Positions 57,721 to 64,000 of a stretch of DNA of 64,000 bases are shown piece by piece. The notes under the pieces were generated by a model. The model saw nothing but the letters and a program-made list of their open reading frames with translations, was not told the origin of the DNA and did no database searches. Made by a program: the position numbers and the translations under genes. The number at the start of each line of letters is the position of its first letter. Within the stretch, counting starts at the first letter, position 1. The stretch spans positions 35,774,001-35,838,000 of the forward strand of contig OZ281494.1 of the NCBI GenBank assembly GCA_965637545.1. The letters run 5' to 3'. The stretch is from Phallusia mammillata (taxonomy: Eukaryota).

Positions 57721-59205
57721 AAAAAATGTAATAGCAATTAGCAGTTAGGAAACACTACATACGACTTTGTAACATTTTTTTAGTTAAATCTTTGCTTTTT
57801 ACTGTCTCTTACATGGTGGAAAGAATTACAGACAATTTAAAGCGGCCAACATTTTTTTTATTTTAGCAGCCAACATCTAAGTATTTTATTTTTCTTCGAA
57901 CGTTCCTTTTTAGTCTTGCGGACCATTTTAAAAAACTAAAGTTTTATCGCGACCGGCCTTCAAAAAACAACAAATATTTAGACTTCTAAATTAGTTTATC
58001 ATAACCAGGAAACAAAATGCAATGTTTCAAAGAATTTAACCTGAAAAAGTATATGGCGCGGTAACGAACTTCTCGCGGACTGGCACCGGGCCGCGGACCA
58101 CCACTGACCTAGGCAACTAGGAATAAAGCGGGGGTTTCGCTGCAAAGAGCGACTTTGTTTTTTATTTGCCAACCGAAGTATAATATTTACAAACGTTTGC
58201 GACAAAGTTTTTGCTGAATTGTAACATTCGCTAGCACGTGCAGTTTATTATAGCGCTGCCCGCGAGTTTAGCAAAAAGCTGATCAGGTTTCATTGGAATG
58301 CGAATAATGGACGATAAGACGATATCACTACCCTAATCTACAGTAATGTACTGGTTGACATGTGTATTAGTGAGTTGTGATAAATATGTCAGACACTTTT
58401 GCGTGACAGTCTCCCGTGCGAACAAAACTTGACACGAAATTTCTTTTTTTAGTTCACTTTGAAATGGACCACCTGCTAAAGTTGACACTTCGCTGGCTGA
58501 CACCCTAACATTTAAGCAAAGGTTTCCAGGAGGTTCAGGTTCCTAAGGGTTGCAAAAATGCTGAATCATTGGGTAAAGAAAAACAGTTACGTTCCTGCAA
58601 ACACAGAAAAGGGTCCAAGAATAGTTGGCGGTTTCAAACGAATTGGCAAAGGCTGTTCTGAAGATCCTTAAACGGATTTTTAAACAACAATTTTATTTGA
58701 GAAGTAAAACGTATCTGATTCCATAAGCGGCAAGTACATTTTCAAACCTGGTCAAAATATCTCTATCAGAAAGCACAACCACCTTTCAATGTAATTTAGC
58801 CGTCTGCTTGTGTCTCGAACAGGCGATTTTGGATTTCTACTCTAATTTTTAAATAATTAAATTCTTTCTATTTGTTGGAACACAAGTTTTTACAAAAGAC
58901 GTTTCAGAAAGCAACATCAAAGACGCATTACTGTGCACGGCATATCGCAATTGAACAGAACTGTTGTCACTTTTAGCAGACCGCATTTCTGCACACGAAA
59001 GCAGAACTTCAGGATAAATGTTAGCAAACGAGCAAATAACCGACAAATAGTAACAAGGACACAATAAACTAAGTTGGCAATTTTATTTCTACGCACTCGA
59101 AAATCGGTTAATGGCACAATTCATTACAAATGTACAAAAAGCACACGAGGTTGGCAGTTAATGTTGCATGCTAATACACTGTGACGTACAATAGTGTTTA
59201 TGACG

Positions 59206-62200
59206 TCACAACCACGGATGCCAGGCCGGATCCATTCTGCACAAGTTGTCCAGCGAATTCGCTGCAGCAACAAGTGTCGTCACTTTGCTCTCTCCTCCTT
59301 CCATGGTGGCCAGAGTTTGTAATCGCGTCATCACTGACGTCACAGCGTGGTTGACTAAAGTCACCAGCTGATCGCTGCAAACAATTATGGCGTCACAATC
59401 AAACTACCGATCCTTTTTGTGAATGACAATTGTAACGGAATTTATTGTTTGTTTTACCTTGCATCCTTCAAGTTAAAATGGTACAAAAGAATATAACGTG
59501 GAAATGTTTAAATTTTTGAAGCTTAACTAAGAGAGAGCGCGAGTTCCGGAAAGACTCTGGTCGTTGGTTCGAATCCTACCGCAGGCTAGATTTTTCTTTT
59601 AAGAATGAGTAAATCGCTGGTCTTACATTCATGTTAATCTAAAGTTTCAGTATATATAACTAACTAAAATTTCTAACCTTTCCATTTCCGGAGGTTGCAA
59701 CGTGGTGTTGGATTGTGACGTGGCAGGCGCTGATTGGCTGCTGTTGTTGTCGTCCTGTTTTTTCTTGTGCCATGTGATTATCTCGTCACGCATCACTGCG
59801 CGCAATAAACCTTCGAACTAAAAATAAAACTGACACGTTAAACTTCTTGATGACGCACAATGGTTGATTACATTATCGTGACGTAACAAGCAAGTATAAA
59901 GCTTAAGAAAATGCTTTTAATCTAACAAAAAAATGTTACCTTGAAGTTTGGTTGAAGAAAACATCGGGCTGTTGCAATCATGGCCGCTGTGAGCACACTA
60001 CTGACACCCACCGGCGATAGGAACTCAGCAATATTCGGGGTGAGACGGAATGGAACTGGACGGTTCGCGTTTAATTCACCCCTCGCATCGCTCACATCAA
60101 ATCTGCGATAAAAACTTGGCGACGTTATGAATTAATCAAAAAACTTTGTAAAAACCGCCAGTATTGGTGCGCTATCACCGGAATAAGACAATGGGTAACT
60201 ATATTCCGCTTTAAACCGCACGTTTTTGGCTTTTACTGTATTTGATATTGTTCTTTTAAAATTTACTTTTTAGATTTTGCATGTGTCTCGTTGTTTAAGC
60301 TATATGCCAACTGGTCATTTAAAATAAAACAAAATTAACATTAATTTATCTATTGAAAAAAAAACTAGATGTAATTTCTCGTCTCACCGGAAGTAGGCCG
60401 CATGCAAATGACCGGAATCCTGCGCAATTTGCATCATTTCCGGTTTCAACCGAGTCAAGTAGAGTCCGAACTCTGCGAAACCAAGTAACGCTAGATGGAG
60501 CGAGAGAGACTTGCGGAATGTCCAGTAATCCGTAGCATCAGGAAATGCGTTGATCGCCCACTCCTTTAGCATACTGCGAGGCACAAGATTGCTCTGAACG
60601 TCTTTGAGAATATCACGCAGGACTTGATGTGAAACCTGCGTAGTGGTAGAGGTGATAAAAACTGTTCTGAGGCTCCAAAGAAGAAATTGTTTGTAAAAGA
60701 TTAAGCAAAATCCGAAACCAACACTAAGAAGAACTTGAAGGAATGAATTATATGGTTGTAAAGATCTTAGTTAGACTTGAAATGTTGCAATTACACCTAA
60801 AATTGTTGATGTAACTGCTGCAAACCGACTATCACATATTGTTTTAGTTTATAATGTCGAGAAGCAGGTTTGCATGACAGCGTCAAAGATCCAGTAGTTT
60901 ACACTATTTGTCATCAAAAGTAAACATATGTAAAGATGCAATCCAATTTCTTTGAACACTTTTTGAGCTTGCAAAGTGTGCGACGAACAATATTGTAATT
61001 TGTGAGTGTGCCACAAACAGTGAGGGTTGGGTAGCGCTGCTTAGCAGAATGTCAGTTTATTGTTTCAAATCAGCAACTTTCACAAGGAAAACAAACCAAT
61101 AAGTTTAAATAAACATGGCGTTTGTATCATGGTTTAAAATCACACAAGTTTAAAGCAGTGCAAAGGTTAGAACAACTAAGAAATGAAATACGACAGGAAA
61201 TACAACACCCCAGAAACTTTAAACTTTAACGTAACACACCTGGGTCGATCTTGCTTGAACCGTTGTGAGTCGTTCATAGAAGCGGGTTATAGGGGCGTCA
61301 TGCTCCACTGATTTTTTTGTGCATCTATTATTAATTTGAAATAAATATATGAGTGTGTATATATATATATATATATATAATGGCAAATCAAATAATTACT
61401 AAAGGATTTTACCCTTGATACAAACAGTTTGCCAGGTTTATTTAGCACAAAAAGTTATGTAAAGTTCATATCACCCCGTTTTTAAGTTAATATTTGGCGA
61501 TGTTCGGGTGACGATGGTTGTACGTCTGCTGGCAAACTTGCTCCAACATCACTGCAATGTTTGCACAACATACGTTCCACCACAGTCACAAAATATCCAA
61601 CGCTGTAGGGCAGGGGTCGGCAACCTTTTAAGAGGCGTTTGCCCATGTTAATTTCAGGATGGCTTTTGCCAACCTTTTTGTGGGACGTAGTGGATTGTGT
61701 CAGGTGACCTTAATAGTAAGCAGAGAACAAAGTGTTTTGTGCATGTAGGCTGAATTTTAAGACAATGGAATGATAAAAACCGAAAACAAGCAGTGTAACA
61801 GGTTAAAGTGTTACTTCAATATAAACACACATTTCGGTTGGCGTGTCATGAAAAATCACCATAGAACAGTAGAACCTCATCGATTTTGTTTTCCTGTTTA
61901 CTTGGGAAATCCGTAATTGAACGTACTCAAACAAAATTACAACGAAACCACCAAATCCACATGCTCACCTGATCTTGTAAATGTCGAGGAGCGACAGTGA
62001 AGAAGGGTTGTCCTCCACCAAACGCATTTGGGGAGAAACAGCGACCACTCGTGGCACAGTGAAGAGTAGTTGGCGTTTGGCGGTCTCTTTGCGCTTCTCC
62101 AATCCCGGGTTGAGGAGTCGGAGGAGCTGGAGGACTCTTTCCTCCCTCCGAGACTCGATCAGACATCCGTCGTTCATCACCTGTAACGTGATTGGCAGGT

Positions 62201-63478
62201 ATTAGGGGGCGTGACATTAGGCAGGTAAAAACATTCGAGGCAATAAGAAACAATTGTAATATTTTGATTTTAGGATTCGTTCAACGAGGTTTATTGGTTA
62301 ATTGCAAAAATGACACTGAGTCAACACCACTTTAGTTCCCAGGAAGTTGCTTGGTCATTGTGAGCCAGTTTACTCTGTGGTGTATGCCCAGTTGTGGCAT
62401 CGAACAGCTTGGTGAAGTTACAGTCTGGCAACACTATCCAATACAGCTAGTTCGTTGTCACCACCTGCACTGTTGAGACCTTATAGGATGAAACGGTGTG
62501 CCGTGTCTTCAGTTTATATGGATGTTTTTGACATTCTTTCATCAACAACCAAAAAATCGACAATCCAGATTTTTTTTCTTTAATATGCCAAAAAAATTAT
62601 CAAACAAGTAGCAGTTTTAATCTTACCAAATATGGATAAATCTTTCCGTTGTGTCCACGGATGTATAGTCTCCTAGCAGCAGTATTGTGTTTCTGCACCA
62701 CGTGAACACGAGGCATAAATCGAGCGATTTTGACGTAATAATGGGTGTGTTTGGGCATCAGAAATTCACCGGGAATTTCAACTTCCGCTGTGCTCGCAGA
62801 AAAGTTGCTCAAAAACCGACATTTTTCCTCGATCAAAAACGACTTCGGCATTATCTGTGGGTAAGCGTAATAAACTTGTTATTGTTAGCACGATGATACA
62901 AGCCAATGTTTTTGTGTAAAATATTACTACGTTGCGAAGTGGTCATTGTTGTTTTGTGATGTGCAATTGTCTTGTCATAAACGGCAATTAAAAAGACGCA
63001 ATCTTGGCAATTCGCGATGAGATTCGAACCAACAACATGAACTAAACCGGCTCAACCTCCAACAACTGAGGTACACGCTGATAAATTAATTCAGACAAGT
63101 TAAATTACATACACCTTTGCCAGCTAGACATCTGGACTTATTGCTTGGGGTCAGCAAATTGCACGCTAACAATATTCGATCACAAAAACACCTTTCAACT
63201 CTTTTATACAAAGCACCCCAAATTCAACAAAGTTTTGTGGAACAAACGCCGAGCTTGCAGTTGGTGAAACTTACAACAACATAATTGTAAGTTCCAACCA
63301 CACTGTGGCATGTAAACATAGTCAGAGTCCATACCTTGGTTTTTGCTTCCAATATTTTGATCCACTTCTTGAGTTTCTGTATGACGTTGTGGAGCTTCAT
63401 TGAACCCGGCAAACTGAAATCGAAGTCGGTTGTGAACTGCGTTTTCATCTTCTGGAAAACCGGGTCTTGCGCTGTGGC
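59206..63478 (-). CDS. TRRAP: TRRAP (PIKK pseudokinase), last 8 exons; the gene continues beyond the window end
   Basis: Exons 63478-63335, 62854-62627, 62180-61969, 61324-61240, 60635-60388, 60102-59940, 59817-59678, 59374-59206. Motifs ATAQDPVFQKMKTQFTTDFDFS, AARRLYIRGHNGKIYPYLV, RPVPFRLTPN and the FATC end DNLCRMDPAWHPWL*. Confidence 0.96.
59519..59595 (+). mobile_element. tRNA-derived SINE head in a TRRAP intron
   Basis: Degenerate A-box (GCTTAACTAAGAGAGAGC), stem-loop GAGTT-CCGGAAA-GACTC and B-box GGTTCGAATCC. Same family as 17975-18185. Other B-box fragments on the - strand at about 335-380, 20205-20250, 21560-21600 and 63010-63080. Confidence 0.55.
61358..61378. repeat. (TA)n microsatellite
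   Basis: About 10 TA units seen directly in a TRRAP intron. Confidence 0.9.
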
Positions 63479-63773
63479 CTGATATGCAAATAATCATATA
63501 TGACGTCAACAGGTCATGCCGGGGTCAAACATCATCCTGGCTCAGTGTTTCACGTTCATTAAATAAGGGGAGCAAACATGGTCAGTGTTGTTAAACCAAC
63601 ACCACAATTACTTTGCCCAGTGTGTTTACTACTGTAGAGGCCATGTCAACAATACAACATCAACATGTCAACAATATTTGGCGTTAAAAATTCGATGGAC
63701 AAGATCAAGCGCGTTGGTCGTCATCCGTATAAGCGTTGGATAGGCCTACTTAATTAAAATTAATGGCTTACAG

Positions 63774-64000
63774 ATCACGTGATACACTTACAAGCGTATC
63801 ACGTGACCTGCAACTGTTTAACGTGACTTAAAAGTGTATCACGTGATCTGTAAGTATATCACGTGATCTGTCAGTTTATCACGTGACATGCAACTGTATC
63901 ACGTGACCAGCAACTATATCACGTGACTTGTAAGCGTATTACGTGACCTACAAGTTTATCACGTGATCTGCAATTCCATCACGTGACCTGCCAGTTTATC
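63774..64000. repeat. 20-bp minisatellite with a palindromic TCACGTGA (E-box) core
   Basis: 11 units, 9 with exact TCACGTGA, consensus about ATCACGTGAYCTGYAASTNT. The array runs off the window end. Confidence 0.9.

Noticed and set aside
59519-59595. tRNA-Ser(GGA)-like cloverleaf
   Set aside because: No proper acceptor stem, a degenerate D-arm, C instead of U33, and a diverged second copy with a SINE-like body. Not called a tRNA.
63774-64000. CRISPR-like regularly spaced palindromic repeats
   Set aside because: The 12-nt inter-core segments are related to each other rather than unique spacers, there are no cas genes, and the context is a eukaryotic intron.

Overview
AT-rich, intron-containing animal DNA. 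The compact introns, chordate-type genes and a possible operon point to an invertebrate chordate, most likely an ascidian (inference). I spliced genes by hand from GT/GC-AG sites and codon phase. In order: the 5' part of a YWTD/LDLR-class-B propeller gene (-); a secreted PEBP4-like gene (-); intronless CRCP/RPC9 (+); 17-exon FBXO41/ZNF365-like (+); a fibrinogen-domain gene (+); two tandem paralogues of a 6-exon RIPK-like kinase-TPR gene (-), about 12 kb apart with decayed retroelements between them; an 11-exon MAP3K20/ZAK-like kinase with a very long disordered tail (-); and the 3' end of TRRAP (-). The best candidate for an undescribed system is the duplicated kinase-linker-TPR gene. The ORF track splits it into separate pieces. 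Both copies are intact non-RD kinases, and their divergence concentrates in the TPR domain and the kinase C-lobe, which suggests a diversifying innate-immune sensor-kinase family (inference). The second notable element is a near-perfect 194-bp inverted repeat in PEBP intron 1 with a Penelope-type hammerhead ribozyme motif in each arm. All family assignments rest on motif recognition from memory; no database searches were run.
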